Shown here: in pieces, positions 39,337 through 57,363 of the stretch
Layout: the number at the start of each line of letters is the position of its first letter
Position numbering within the stretch: position 1 is the first letter of the stretch
Position numbers and translations under genes: made by a program
Assembly: GCA_009914755.4 (NCBI GenBank)
Contig: CP068257.2
Coordinates: 7,360,001-7,424,000 of the forward strand
DNA length: 64,000 nucleotides
Source of the DNA: the human T2T-CHM13v2.0 reference genome, Homo sapiens
Direction: 5' to 3'
The notes under the pieces: generated by a model
The model's input: the letters and a program-made list of their open reading frames with translations, nothing else
What the model was told of the DNA's origin: nothing
The model's database searches: none

Positions 39337-42300
39337 AGAATCTGGGTTTTAACCAGATTTGCCATTATAAAATGACATGAAACCAAAACCACCAGTCAAT
39401 ATCTGTAGCAGTGTTATTGTTGGGAAGCATGCACGTTTGTTTGAGCTTATTTATATATACAGAGCTGTTTAGCTTAATCTTTAAATTGAAAATTTTTAGT
39501 ATTTTTAGAATGTTTTCGATACTTTGATGAATAAATTTTGTTTTAACAAACTACTATTAAAAAATTATAGGTTATATATTTCTGAACACATTGGCAGATG
39601 TAAATGACATTTATATTCACACAATCAGTTTTTCTTGCACAGAAATGACATTTTGTCAAAAAGTTAAAATCTTTGAAATGTATTTTCTGTCCTCATCTTT
39701 CCCCTTTTGAGCATTTTTCTCCCCCTGGGTTGGTTATAAAATGTTCCCTAACTTCAGGCATCTGATTGAATTTTGGGTTTTCTCCCTTCCTACCAACTCA
39801 TATGGATTGGTAATGATCTGATAGAAGACAATTGCCAAAAATCAATCAAATGTGTTTTAAATTAAACTTCTCCAAGATAATATTCATATTAATCCTTCTT
39901 TAATTGCTGAATGAGGAATAATTGTTCACTGACCCTTAAAATCCTAAAACTTAATCAGCTCACTGGAGTGGATGAATGGATATTTGTCCAGATGAGAATG
40001 CTTAAGGTCTACTTCAAGGAGTTCATAATAGTAAAAATGTCCTTTTCTTCCATCAGAAGCTTCATCCTGGATCCTTTCATCCTTATTTTTCTACTAGCTC
40101 TCCTTCTCCAAATACACTGACTTGGAACCCCAGTTTCAGTGGTGGACTGCGTGGATTTGATTCTTAGCTATGCTATAATGAGAAAGTAGCTCTAACCCTA
40201 TTCTCATTCTCTTCACCTGTAATATAGAAATCATCATCAGACAATATACAGATAGGGGCCAGTTCTTTCACAGATAATAATAGGTGAAAATGGAGAGTAT
40301 GTGGGTGTAGACATGGGAAAGTGAGTTTAAATGGTTTCAGGAGTCTGTGGAAGTTGTCTTTGGATGATTCAATGTTCTCAGGGAAGCACAACCAAAAAGA
40401 CATTGAGGATTTCTGGGCAAGTGTTAGGGATTAGAGACAGGATAAGATACAAAACTAGGTAAATTAGAGAATGAATAGATTGGAACATATGTAGTACGAT
40501 TGATTGATAGGCAGCACTGAGATTCTCATTTTCAAGTGGGATATTTTTCAATTTGATCCATATAGCTAGTTGCTCAAATATATGTGGGGATTTGGTGGAA
40601 ATTTAGATCTAACCAGGGTTATTTTCCTGGTTAGATTCAGCAAAGTGAAAGAGAAACAAGGAAGTTGAAGTTTCCTGGGAATGGTTGGCCATGGAATTTA
40701 GGCAGGAGAACAGGAAATAGAGTACATCAAGTAGGTAAGGGTCATTGTGAATATGATAAAATAATAGTTTGGAGGTCTCAGAGAGACTGAAAAATTTTAT
40801 GTCAGCGTATGAAAGGGAATGATTAAAGGAGGAGCTCAGAGAATGGGATGAATGAAATTGTGACTACAGAGAAGTTCCTATTATAAGTAACGACGATGCT
40901 TCACTCAGTCCCTCTGGAAGTGTGGTCCCTGTGCTAGCAGCATCAGCATCACCTGGGAACTTACTAGAAGTGCATATTCTCAGGTTACAGCCCCAGATCT
41001 ACCAAATCTGAAATTCCAATAGCAGGCCTCAGGAATCTCTTATTGTAACACAACTGTGGGCAGTTTTGAGGCACACTGTAGTTAGCACAACTGGTCTAGG
41101 GTATGTCCTATTTGGTCTTCCTCCCCAGTTCACAGTACAGAGCTCCTAAAACTTGAAGTTTCCTGATAGAGATGAGAGGACCATCCTTTACTAGTCATAG
41201 TCCCTTTTAGCCATACCTGAGTTTATGCTATTGACATGACATGAGTGCTGGCTGGAGACCCGTATAGCTTCAGGGTGTGTGCTGGACATCAGAAACATGA
41301 AGGCATAACTAGATGGTTGAAACTGCCAGCCCTCTCCTCCATCACCTCTGAGGTGCTGGGAGGGTGATAGAGTGATATACTTAGAGGTCATATGGCAGCT
41401 TTGTGCCCCTTTTCACCATACCTGGCCCTATGTGTCTCTTCTATTTGAGAGTTCCTGATTTGTATCAGACAGTAACTGTAAGCAAAGTGCTTTCTTGGGT
41501 TCTGTGCGCCATCTTAGCAAATTATAGAACCTGGGGAAGGAATCCATGGAGGTCCTAATTTATAGACAGTTGGTCAGGAGTATGGGAGGCCCACAACTCC
41601 TCTCTAATGGTGTGGGGGCAGTCTTGTGGGCCTGAACCCTGAACTTTTGGGATCTGATGCTATCTCCAGATAGATAGTCTCAGGATTGAATTGAATTGTA
41701 GGACACCATTTGGTGTCCTGAGAGTTGAAGAATTGATTGGGGTGAGACTGAATCCACAAATTTGATCTCAGAAGTTTGAGTAGAAATAATTCTGTTGGAA
41801 AACATTATTGTTAGATCAAAGGTGTTCATAGAACTGAGAGATCAAAATGGCAAGGAGTCATCTATGATTACACATTGTTGACTTAAACTAGAATTAAGAC
41901 AAGAGTATGTCAAAGAGAGTTACATTGAGCCAGGGATAAAAATAATCAATTGATTGATTAGAATGTAGTAAATGCTATTTTAAAAAAAATTAATCTTTAC
42001 TTAATTAATGGAGATACTTAATTATCTCCATTTTGACTTTAAATTTATAATTTAAAAATTGCTATTTTATCTATTTTCCATAAAAGGAAATTGAAAAGCA
42101 ATAGCAAAATACTTCGACAGAAAATCTACCCTTCTTATTCCCAAGAGGAAGAATGGCCAACTACCTTAAGCACAAAGTTAGAAAAACTTTCATAATTTTT
42201 TAAGTTGCCATATTTTACAGCTTTGAACAAGTCGAATTGTTAACTAGACTGCCCAGGGAATGGAGCCATCTAATATAATTTCCTTACTATTTAGATAAGA

Positions 42301-42553
42301 TCTTTGTTGTTGAAAGTCTTAATCATTTTTAATGATCCTGTTTTCAGAGCCTGATATTAATGATTCGGGAAACTCATTAAATGTAGTTATGCATCTGATT
42401 TGAAAATCATGAGGGGGATTTTTGGTCAGATATGCATAGGAAATCTATGTCACTAAACATATGTCCCTGCTACCCATGTCACAACCTTTATGTCTACTCT
42501 TGAATTGAGGTTTTGCTACGTTTTATTTTTGAGGTTTAAGAATTATTCATTTA

Positions 42554-42674
42554 GGTATCTGGGTGCAGCGCACCAGCATGGCACATGTATACATATGTAA
42601 CTAATCTGCACAATGTGCACATGTACCCTAAAACTTAAAGTATAATAATAAAAATAAAATAAAATAAAATAAAA
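42554..42674 (+). mobile_element. Extremely 5'-truncated L1 3'-end insertion (~121 bp including an (AAAAT)n tail)
   Basis: ...gggtgcagcgcaccagcatggcacatgtatacatatgtaactaatctgcacaatgtgcacatgtaccctaaaacttaaagtataataataaaaataaaataaaataaaataaaa. It is flanked by a perfect 16-bp TSD AAGAATTATTCATTTA at 42538-42553 and 42675-42690. Confidence 0.9.
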
Positions 42675-45069
42675 AAGAATTATTCATTTATCTGATGGAA
42701 AATTGTGTTTCTCTTGTTAGAATAGAGCCCAATTTATCTTTTCTATTTTTCATGGAGACATGAAAGGATGTGAATTTAGAATCAGAGAAACCTGAGTTCC
42801 ACCATGCTTTCTTCCTCTTGCAATCCATGAAATCCACAGTGCGTTAGTGGATATTACAAAACCTCTGGTCTCACCTTATTAAGATGGAAAAAAATAATAC
42901 TAATTGAAAGAATGAATGTGATAATGAGAAGAAATGGCGTCAATAAAGTTTCTGGAACACAGTAAGTTCTAAGAAATGCTAGTTCTTTTCTTTCATTATT
43001 CAAAATCTAAATAGAAGCCAGTTGGTAATTCCAAGATAATAGTATGAAGACAAAAAAAAAGTTTGTCAACTGACCTTCAACCATTGAGACCTTATCTTAT
43101 AGGAAGCAAAATTAACAAATATTTTCTCCCTTCTACAAATGTACACCCTCTGGGAAAGAAAGACAGTGTTCCAATCAAGACGATGACAGTATTCTGTGCA
43201 CACATAGGAAGGGAAGAAGAATAAGAGAGAACCTTTAAAAAGACAATTTTAGATAGGCATCCTATTTTTACCGGCAATAATATTTTTTAGAACTTACGGC
43301 ATACAAAATAGACCTTAAATGGACTCAGTGTTGAGAAATTTTTATAAGGCTGCTTTATTTTCTTCTATGGTAAATCTAGGAACCAATAAAATAGCTTTGA
43401 TAATTCACTCATTACATTCTTTCCTAACTAAACTATTTACATTATAAACTTTGTTGATATGCTGTGCTTTTACATTAATAATTCTCATGTTTCTCATTTG
43501 TGAATACATGAAAACTAGTTGTAAAATAAGGAAAATGTAATTTTGAAACAACTTCAAAAACAGTTGCATAATTTAACAAATGTTTATAAATTTTCGTCCT
43601 TACTCTAAAACCATAGATATCCTAAAAGTGATTGAAGGTAAAATGATTTTTTAAAGAACTGGATTTCTCACCATGAGTTATTTTATCTCCATACAAACTG
43701 TGGTAGTGTTATACAATGGTTAAGAAGAAATTACTTAAAAGTGAGAATAAAGATACAGCTTATTAACACTTCATTTTGTGGATGAGACCTGAAAAATTAA
43801 ACTTTTCTTCTAGAAACAAGTTGTAGTTGTGTATGTAGAGTGTGAATAGGTAGTGTCCATATTTTAATGTCATTATTTAAACAGAAACATGTAATTTGCA
43901 CTTCAAAAACCTACTACAAATTAGCTGTATCATTTGGAAGTGTCAAAATTATCTCTTTAATGATCAGATAGGCTTTTTGCTCATTGTAATGAGATGTTCT
44001 TATAAACCAAATTTGAAAGACAAAGACAGAGTTTGGAGTCTTTAATTCTTGGTAAAATCAGTAGCTCTCTTTAGGGCTATATTTGCAAAATACTATTTCT
44101 ACTCAAGCATATTTTTATTTACAAGGCACTTCACAAATGTTGACCACAAAGATGCTTCTACCTAGCAGAAATAATTATAGTTACTTATAGTTGTCTAGGA
44201 ATATCTTAAACATGGGGTTTTAAAATTACTTTCAAGAACAAGAAGAAATGTTATACCAGGCATTTTTGCAACTAGTGCTCTATTTCAGTGCAATATTTGT
44301 GGCAATTAAAAAACACAAATGGCTTGTATATACAGCTAAGATATCAAAAGAAAAATATGCAAAGGCATGATTATTTTATAAATGTGCCACATATGTGACT
44401 TGAGGTACAAAACCTCTAAGTTTAAAATTGTATTTTTAAAAAAGAAATCAAAACAGACAAGTGGGCAATGAGTTATGGATACTATTATAGGGTACCCTGA
44501 TAAACTAGTAAGAAGAAGACTTTTGGTACTGAAAATTCCAATTAACCACATGCCTCCGTTAAGTCCATGATCACTGCCAATTTTTACTCGCAAAGGCTGG
44601 AGCTAGAGTTATGTGGAATTCCATATGTATCTAAACCATAGATTTATCAATTATCACTTAAACACAACTTGGAGGACACTATCCAGAATTTGTAGGGCTT
44701 GGCCTTATTCTAGAGAAACATACACTGGAATAGGCAGTTGGATTTTAAATTCAGTCTTAAATCTCTTGAAAATAATGCATTTTTTTCTCAGAGATGAGAT
44801 ATTGTCCAACTCTCTTGACTTATTTTAGATTTGATATTATACAGTTCGAACACCATGGAGATTTACTAATCTGAATGAACACATACCAAATTAGTCTTTG
44901 CTCCAGTCTCAAAATCTGAGATTAATTCTGGCTGCTGAAGAAATTTTCCAGGGTTAGGAGTATGCTTCAACGCTGGTGACTGATACTACTTTCTGGTAAA
45001 CTATAGGTGACTTGTGCCCTTTCACTGCCTAAACTCACTTTGTAGAACACCATTAAATGAAAATCATCA

Positions 45070-45361
<292 letters not shown>

Positions 45362-45388
45362 TTATCAGTGTTCAGTGACTCTTTTTTT

Positions 45389-45460
45389 TCATGCTGATAA
45401 ACTATTACACAGAAAAAGAAAATTTTCATGCTGATAAACTATTACACAGAAAAAGAAATG
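45389..45460 (+). repeat. 36-bp tandem duplication (2 copies)
   Basis: ttcatgctgataaactattacacagaaaaagaaa(a/t) occurs twice in tandem. Confidence 0.8.
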
Positions 45461-45515
45461 TATCCATTATGGACAATTAAAAGGGCTATACAATCTCTCT
45501 CATTGTATGATTCTG

Positions 45516-45830
45516 GTTTTTTCTTTTTCTTTTTTCCTTTTTTTTAAGACAGGATCTCACTCTGTCACCCAGGCTGGAATGCAGTGGCTCTATCTTGGCT
45601 CACTGCAACCTCAGCCTCCCAGGTTCAAGCTATTCTCCTGCCTTAGCCTCCTGAGTAGCTAGGACTAAAGGCATTCACCACCACGCCCAGCTAATTTGTG
45701 TATTTTTTTAATACATGTGGGGTTTTGCCATGTTGTCCAGGCTGGTCTTGAACTCCTGACCTCAAATTATCTTCCCACCTTGGCCTCCCTAAGTGTTGGC
45801 ATTAGAGCCATAAGCCTCCAGGCTTGGCCT
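45516..45830 (-). mobile_element. Alu element, minus strand, full-length
   Basis: A poly-T tail (45516-45547) is followed by aagacaggatctcactctgtcacccaggctggaatgcagtggctctatcttggctcactgcaacctc...cctccctaagtgttggcattagagccataagcctccaggcttggcc. The flanking TSD TGATTCTG(G)TTTTTT lies at about 45508-45522 and 45831-45845. Confidence 0.9.
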
Positions 45831-47431
45831 GATTCTGTTTTTTAACACAATTCCTATTACTTCTGTTTTAATTTTACAAATCCATAGGTTTTTAAACTGA
45901 GAAACCTTTGAGAAAGCATCCAGATAAATTTATAAATAGAAAAATATATTCAGATACATAGAATTAAGTTTATGATCTAACTAGTCGGTGGCAACTAAAA
46001 AATTTTCAAGTTCCATAAACTGAAGTGAAAGGATCACTTTCCTGAAAATATTACAAAGGCTTGATAATTACCTGGATTGTACTAAAACCTACACAATCTA
46101 GTATATTCTATAGCAGCAATTCATAAAGACAGCTTCACTTACCATGTAGAATTTATACATACACTAAATTTAAGGAATGTGTTACTTGGTATTGGAGTAG
46201 GATAATAACTCACAGCAGAACTGATTTGCATGAATGGCTATTAAACTATCATCGATGTAGAAATTAAACGTTAAGCTATTCAGCCCCAGATGTGTGAGAG
46301 ACCGAGAAAATCTTCAAAAGAGTTCAGCTATCAAATCCCTTCCTCAATAGCTCTTTGAGTCTCAAGACAGTTTCAACCACACACAGCCTCAGAGTCTTAT
46401 TGTCCAAACAACATTTGACTGCACCTCTAAAGTAAGCAAACATTTGAAAAGAAACAATCAAAGATCTATGTCTGTAGTTATGGTCAAGGAGGTCCACCTA
46501 CTGGTGGGTGAGCATGGCAAGGGTAGGGACTAAGCCAAATGATGGGTTTATCAAAACAGAAACAAGAGAAGCCAATGGAAGCAGAGTCCAGGTTATAACA
46601 GGAGCCCAGGCACTTGATGTGGGAACCCTATTTGTCTCATTTAGCAGCTAGAGTTTTAACGTCCTATGAGGCAGAGCTAATGTCCTTCATTTTTTTTTTT
46701 GTAATTGACTGCATAGTTTAGAACTATGCCTTGAATTTAATATCTATCTGTTGAATAAATGAATTAATAAGGATGAAAATCTGTCCACAGGTTATGTGCA
46801 GTACTGAAGAGCAACTTCAGCTATTGAGGTATCTATCAGAAGTCTTACTCTCTAAAAAGCCTCTGGTTAATTACTGATATAGGTTGCTGACAATTTCACT
46901 CTCACAATGTAGGGGAAGCAGGAATGTTATCTGGCTTCTTGGCTCCTCTTCCTTTGCCTTCCACAGATCTCTCTGCTGGTTCACAGAGGAACACTTTCGT
47001 GGCTCTCAGTTCATTTTGCAATTCTGGTAGAATTTCATTCCATCCTCAATGGTAACTAGCTTGTCCTTCACCCAACGCTTATTTATGGAGGGACAGATAG
47101 CAAGAAGAAATCGCACTCTGGATTACAAAGTGGGAAGACGCACCCCCTTGGCCAGAATGCCTGCCTCCTATGTTCATGATGGATATTTCTAATTGATCTC
47201 GGCACTCTTTTCCATTGAGCCCATGTCCCAAATTGGCCCTGAGTTAGGGCGAGGGCTCTAGAGTGGGAAAGGTGTACCCAAAACTTCCCTAATCTGACTA
47301 TCAAGCCTAAAAAATTAAACTTTCAATTCAACATCCCTTGTTTCTCCAACTTGGAATGCCTGATGGTGTGGGAAGCCCCTACTCATACAAATTCATAGTT
47401 GAAGATTGTTGGTAATTTTGCCCAACCCCTT

Positions 47432-47885
47432 CTTTTTTTTTGTTATACTTTAAGTTCTAGAGTACATGTGCACAACGTGCAGGTTCGTTTCATATGTATA
47501 CATGTGACATGTTGGTGTGCTGCACCCATTAACTCGTCATTTACATTAGGTGTATATCCTAATGCTTTCCCTCCCCTAGCCCTTCACTCCACAACAGGCC
47601 CCAGTGTGTGCTGTTCCTCTTCCTGTGTCCATGTGTTCTCATTGTTTAATTCCCACCTATGAGTGAGAACATGTGGTGTTTGTTTTTTTGTCCTTGTGAT
47701 AGTTTGCTGAGAATGATGGTTTCCAGCTTCATCCATGTCCCTACAAAGGACATGAACTCATCATTTTTATGGCTGCATAGTATTCCATGGTGTATATGTG
47801 CCACATTTTCTTAATCCAGTCTATCATTGTTGGATATTTGGGTTGGTTCCAAGTCTTTGCTATTGTCAGTAGTGCCTCAATAAAC
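47432..47885 (-). mobile_element. L1 3'-end fragment (~450 bp, L1PA-type), minus strand
   Basis: The poly-T (47432-47441) is followed by gttatactttaagttctagagtacatgtgcacaacgtgcaggttcgtttcatatgtatacatgtgacatgttggtgtgctgcacccattaactcgtcatttac...ccacctatgagtgagaacatgtggtg...tctttgctattgtcagtagtgcctcaataaac. ORF 47399-47662 is an artefact of this. A possible short TSD CCTTCTTT flanks it. Confidence 0.85.
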
Positions 47886-49244
47886 TCCTTCTTTCTTTGC
47901 CTAGTTACACCTCAATGTAATCTCCTGGCAGGCCAGCCTTAAGCCCAGCAGTCCCACCATGCATCTAAGCTGCGTTCTCATCAGACCCAACTTCAATTAT
48001 AAACAACTGAGATGATGCCAGAGGCCAGAATCCCTGAGAACCCAATTTGCTGTCATCACCATGGGTGAAACAAGGCGCTTGGCATCTAGAAAAGCTGATC
48101 TGTAGGAAATTTCCAATAGAGTTCAATTTTTCTAAGTTTAAAGTGTACAATATCATCAAGGTCAGACACTCGAGATAAAACTAGGCTTGTTTTTAAATAT
48201 AATAAAAATATTTGAAGAATAGTAAGAGTGGTGACTACTTTTACACAGGAATGTTTTAAATAAATTGTTTTTTTCTGGTGCCTTTTAAATTTTGTGATTT
48301 GTCAATGAGATGCTGATATATTTTTAATGAAGCATGCCTTGTAAAATAATAAGTGAATGAAAAATACACAGTAATATTCACATCAACAAAGCTAGAAGAA
48401 GACTGTATGTCTCAAGAGGCTCCATCGTCTACCCAGTGGCCACTTGACCAAATTAAGATCCAAATACCAAAAAGAAAAGTAATTAAAATTTGTGTTGTAT
48501 GCCTTATAAGACCAAACCTATAAAATGAGGGGAAACTTCACAATTACTTGTAATTTGCTGTGTGGAATTGTAACAGATGGATTATAAAGATGATTCCATG
48601 ATAAACATCTAAATGTGGTTACTACCTTCTGTGCTTTCTTCGTTTATATTTTTGTTGTTTTTTCTTTATAAACAGATAATTCATTCTTATCTATGGCAAT
48701 GTAAACTTTTCAGATGTATTGAATATGTCATAGATTTTTTCTATTGTAGGCATCTCTAAAAAAGATATAGAAAACAAACAGAGCAAAGTCTGGTGTTGGA
48801 AAGGAGAGAGAAATAAAGCTTGTAAAGGAATGAAAGTTAGAGCTTTCTGGAGATAAAAATTCTTAGAAGATACAAAAGCTAGTTACTGAATTAGATGAAG
48901 GATCTTTTTCAGTTTTTCCCGTTGTTCACCTCTTAGAAGGCACATATTCACAGCAGAAAAGAAAGAAAAGTTTAAAAAGAAAATACCTCAGTGTAGTGAG
49001 ACTGTAATTTCATGAGGGCATTACTGAAGACTCACTTTTTCCAGCATCACTCAGCATGGTATTATGCATGTGTGTAATGTAAAGGAAAGTGAATACGCAT
49101 TCTTGGATGTGTGATCAAATCGCAATTCCAGAATATAATCAGAAGCTGATTCATTATCCTCTTGAGATTTCACAATCTTTCCATCAGGAATTAAAATTCA
49201 GAGGAGGGTAAATGTATCTAATCTTTTGAAAGTTAAAAATTAGA

Positions 49245-50258
49245 GGGTGGAGCCAAGATGGCCGAATAGGAACAGCCCCAGTCTACAGCTCCCAGCGTGA
49301 GTGATGCAGAAGACGGGTGATTTCTGCATTTCCAACTGAGGTACCAGGTTCATCTCACTGGGGAGTGCTGGACAGTGGGTGCAGCGCACCATGCATGAGC
49401 CAAAGCAGGGCAAGGCATCACCTCACCTGGGAAGCACTAGGGGTCAGGGAATTCCCTTTCCTAGTCAAAGAAAGGGGTGACAGATGGCACCTGGAAAATC
49501 AGGTCACTCCCACCCTAATACTGCGCTTTTCCAACAGGCTTATCAAATGGCACACCAGGAGATTATATCCAGCACCTGGCTTGGAGGGTCCTACACCCCC
49601 AGAGCCTCGCTGTTTGCTAGCACAGCAGTCTGAGATCAAACTGCAAGGTAACAGTGAGGCTGGGGGAGGGGCGCCCGCCATTGCTCAAGCTTGAGTAAGT
49701 AAACAAAGCAGCCAGGAAGTTCGAACTGGGTGGCCCACCACAGCTCAAGGAGGCCAGCCTGCCTCTGTAGGCTCCACCTCTGGGGGCAGGGCACAGACCA
49801 ACAAAAGACAGCAATAACCTCTGCAGACTTAAATGTCCCTGTCTGACAGCTTTGAAGAGAGTAGTGGTTCTCCCAGCACGCAGCTTGAGATCTCAGAACG
49901 GGCAGACAACCCCCAACTAGTGGGTCCCTGAACCCCGAGTAGCCTAACCGGGAGGCACCCCCCAGTAGGGGCAGACTGACACCTCACATGGCCGGGTACC
50001 CCTCTGAGACAAAACTTCCAGAGGAACGATCAGGCAGCAGCATTTGCAGTTCACCAATATCCACTGTTCTGCAGCCAACACTGCTGATACCCCCCAGGCA
50101 AATAGTGTCTGGAGGAGACCTCCAGTAAACTCCAACAGACCTGCAGCTGAGGGTCCTGACTGTTAGAAGGAAAACTAACAAACAGAAAGGACATCCACAC
50201 CAAAACCCCATCTGTATGTCACCATCATCAAGGACCAAAGGTAGATAAAACCACAAAG
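49245..50258 (+). promoter_or_regulatory. L1 5'UTR (~1 kb), the region that in intact L1s carries the internal sense Pol II promoter and the antisense promoter
   Basis: Position and sequence identity match the L1PA 5'UTR. Activity cannot be judged from sequence. Confidence 0.5.
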
Positions 50259-51050
50259 ATGGGGAAAAACAGAGCAGAAAAACTGGAAACTCTAAAAATC
50301 AGAGTGCCTATCCTCCTCCAAAGGAATGCAACTCCTCACCAGCAATGGAACAAAGCTGGACGGAGAATGACTTTGACGAGTTGAGAGAGGAAGACTTCAG
50401 AAGATCAAAGTACTCCGAGCTAAAGGAAGAAGTTCGAACCAATGGCAAAGAAGTTAAAAACTTGGAAAAAAAAATTAGACGAACGGATAACTAGAATAAC
50501 CAATGTGGAGAAGTCCTTAAAGGACCTGATGGAGCTGAAAACCATGGCATGAGAACTACATGACAAATGCATAAGCCTCAGTAACCGATGTGATCAACGG
50601 GAAGAAAGGGTATCAGCGATGGAAGATGAAATGAATGAAATGAAGCATGAAGAGAAGTTTAGAGAAAAAAGAATAAAAAGAAATGAACAAAGCCTCCAAG
50701 AAATATGGGACTATGTCAATAGACCAAATCTACGTCTATTTGGTTTACCTGAAAGTGACGGGGAGAATGGAACCAAGTTGGAAAACACTCTGCAGTATAT
50801 TATCCAGGAGAACTTCCCCAATCTAGCAAGGCAGGCCAACATTCACATTCAGGAAATACAGAGAATGCCACAAAGATACTCCTTGAGAAGAGCAATTCCA
50901 AGACACATAATTGTCAGATTCACCAAAGTTGAAATGAAAGAAAAAATTTTAAAGGCAGCCAGAGAGAAAGATCGGGTTACCCACAAAAGGAAGCCCATCA
51001 GACTAACTGCTGATCTCTCTGCAGAAACTCTACAAGCCAGAAGAGAGTAG
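50259..51050 (+). pseudogene. L1 ORF1 (ORF1p) remnant, disrupted
   Basis: The ATG is at 50259, but the only long ORF in this reading frame starts at 50619 (MEDEMNEMKHEEKFREKRIKRNEQSLQEIWDYVNRPNLRLFGLPESDGENGTKLENTLQYIIQENFPNLARQ...TLQARRE, stop at 51048-51050). The N-terminal 120 codons therefore contain a frameshift and/or stops: the A-run after the ATG looks one base short of the L1 consensus, and a TAA lies at 50571-50573 in the downstream reading frame. Confidence 0.8.
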
Positions 51051-51338
51051 GGGCCAATATTCAACATTCTTAAAGGAAAGAATTTTCAACCCTGAATTTC
51101 ATATCCAGCCAAACTAACCTTCATAAGTGAGGGAGAAATAATATGCTCCACAGACAAGCAAATGCTGAGAGATTTTGTCACCACCAGGCCTGCCCTAAAA
51201 GATCTCCTGAAGGAAGCACTAAACATGGAAAGGAACAACTGGTACCAGCCACTGTAAAACCATGCCAAATTGTAAAGACCATCAAGGCTAGGAAGAAACT
51301 GCATAAACTAACGAGGAAAATAACCAGCTAACATCATA

Positions 51339-55140
<3,802 letters not shown>

Positions 55141-56487
55141 AATGAGGAAACATGGATACAGGAAGGGGAACATCACACACCAGGGACTGTTGTGGGGTGG
55201 GTGGAGGGGGTAGGGATAGCATTAGGAGATATACCTAATGTTAAATGACGAGTTAATGGGTGCAGCACACCAACATGGCACATGTGTACATATGTAGCAA
55301 ACCTGCACGTTGTGCACATGTACCCTAAAACTTAAAGTATAATAAAAAAAATTAACAGAAGCCTTTTATACAGATAAATTTGATTTGCATCATGATCAGC
55401 ACTAAAGAGCATCACAGATTTAAACCATATTTACACAGTTAAAACAATGTAAGCAAATATGCAATATATTATGTAACATTGTACAAGATGCTTTTCAAAC
55501 GTGCAAACTGACCTTTAAAACAATTTTACATAAAATAATATTTTTAGTAAGAGAAAAGACAGACATGTGGTTAGGGCAAAATATTTCTGTTCAAATTACA
55601 AAATCCTGAATGACAAATCAAAGGATAGAAAAAAATTATATTGTACCTGCAATTTGAAGTCTTCAAATTTATTTAGATATATGTATCTATATGTATTAAT
55701 GGAGACATATTAGTTTAGAACAGTTATATTTTGAAGATGTCATTCTTTAAAAACTTATTAATATCTACAGGATTGCTGCAGATATTTTAATTTTAAACAA
55801 ATATTTTTCACTAATGTGACCAGTATTTATGTCCTATTTTATTAAACAGACATTTCAAGATTCTTTTAGAGTTAATGTTTAAAAATTAAGTATCATAAAT
55901 ATTTCTGAAGTACTACCTTAAAAAAAAAACCCTTTCCTGGCTTTTCATATAGTAAAACATTTTCATAATGACTAAAAATGTAAAAATAAATTAACAACCA
56001 TAATCAAATTAGAATTCTACTTTTTATATCAGATGAAATACTATATAAAATGTCCAGAAAATCTAGTGTTAATGAGGCTGTGCAGCCTGGACATTTGATG
56101 TCTCCTCTGTGGAAATGTGAACTAACCCAACCATTCTGAATAATTATTGGCTCTGTGTGTTAACAGTCTAGAGTCCTGAAACAAGGATCTTAATTCTAAA
56201 ATAAAATCCTATTCTAAGAATATACCAAGGGTTGATAATCAAGGAAGTTTCAAAGTTATAGAGAAGAACCTTAATCCTAGCATTATATATGTAATCACCC
56301 ATATAAACCAGATAGTGTTGAATGAAACTGCAGAAAAACAAAGAGCCTACAGAATATGTTTCTCTTTGTGTACAACTGTAAATGTACACATCTATCCATG
56401 TAAAATTTTACATCTCAGGAGGATAGGTACCAACATGTTAACATGCTATATCTATAAGATAAGAAATTTTACTTCCCTACAATTTCA

Positions 56488-56608
56488 TACACACACACAC
56501 ACACACACTCTCAAACACACATACACACACACCGAGGTTATATACACACACAAATATATATATAAACATACATGTTTATATAGGTACACACACACATACA
56601 TATACACA
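56488..56608 (+). repeat. Interrupted (CA)n / (ACAT)n microsatellite
   Basis: acacacacacacacacacactctcaaacacacatacacacacacc...tatacacacacaaatatatatataaacatacatg...gtacacacacacatacatatacaca. Confidence 0.85.
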
Positions 56609-57054
56609 GATGGTCAACAACTTATAATGGTTCAATTTATGATTTTTTTTACTTTATGATGAAGCAAAAGTGATAGCTTTGAATAGAATATAACCATGCT
56701 GCTTTTCACTTTCAGTACAATATTCAACAAATTACATAAAATATCCAATACTTTATTATACAGCGGGTTTTGTATTCAATGATTTTGCCCAATTGTCAGC
56801 TGATGTAAGTGTTCTGAGCACATTAAAGGTATGCCAGGCTAAGCTGTGATATTCAGTAAGTTAGGTATTAAATACATTTTTAACTTACTGTATTTTCAAT
56901 TTATAATCAGCTTATCAAGACTTAACCCCATTGTACATTGAAAAGCATTTGTATTGCATTAAACATGTTATATAATATTTTTAATTGAAATTACTGGCAA
57001 CTTTTGAAAAAATGTAATGAAATAATGTGCTTTGCTATTGGTTAAAATGTTTTT

Positions 57055-57363
<309 letters not shown>

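Noticed and set aside
40905-41040. Segment ...cagcatcacctgggaacttactagaagtgcatattctcaggttacagccccagatctaccaaatctgaaattc... resembling a motif I associate with an ancient interspersed repeat
   Set aside because: I cannot assign a family from memory with confidence, so I did not report it as a feature. It needs RepeatMasker.
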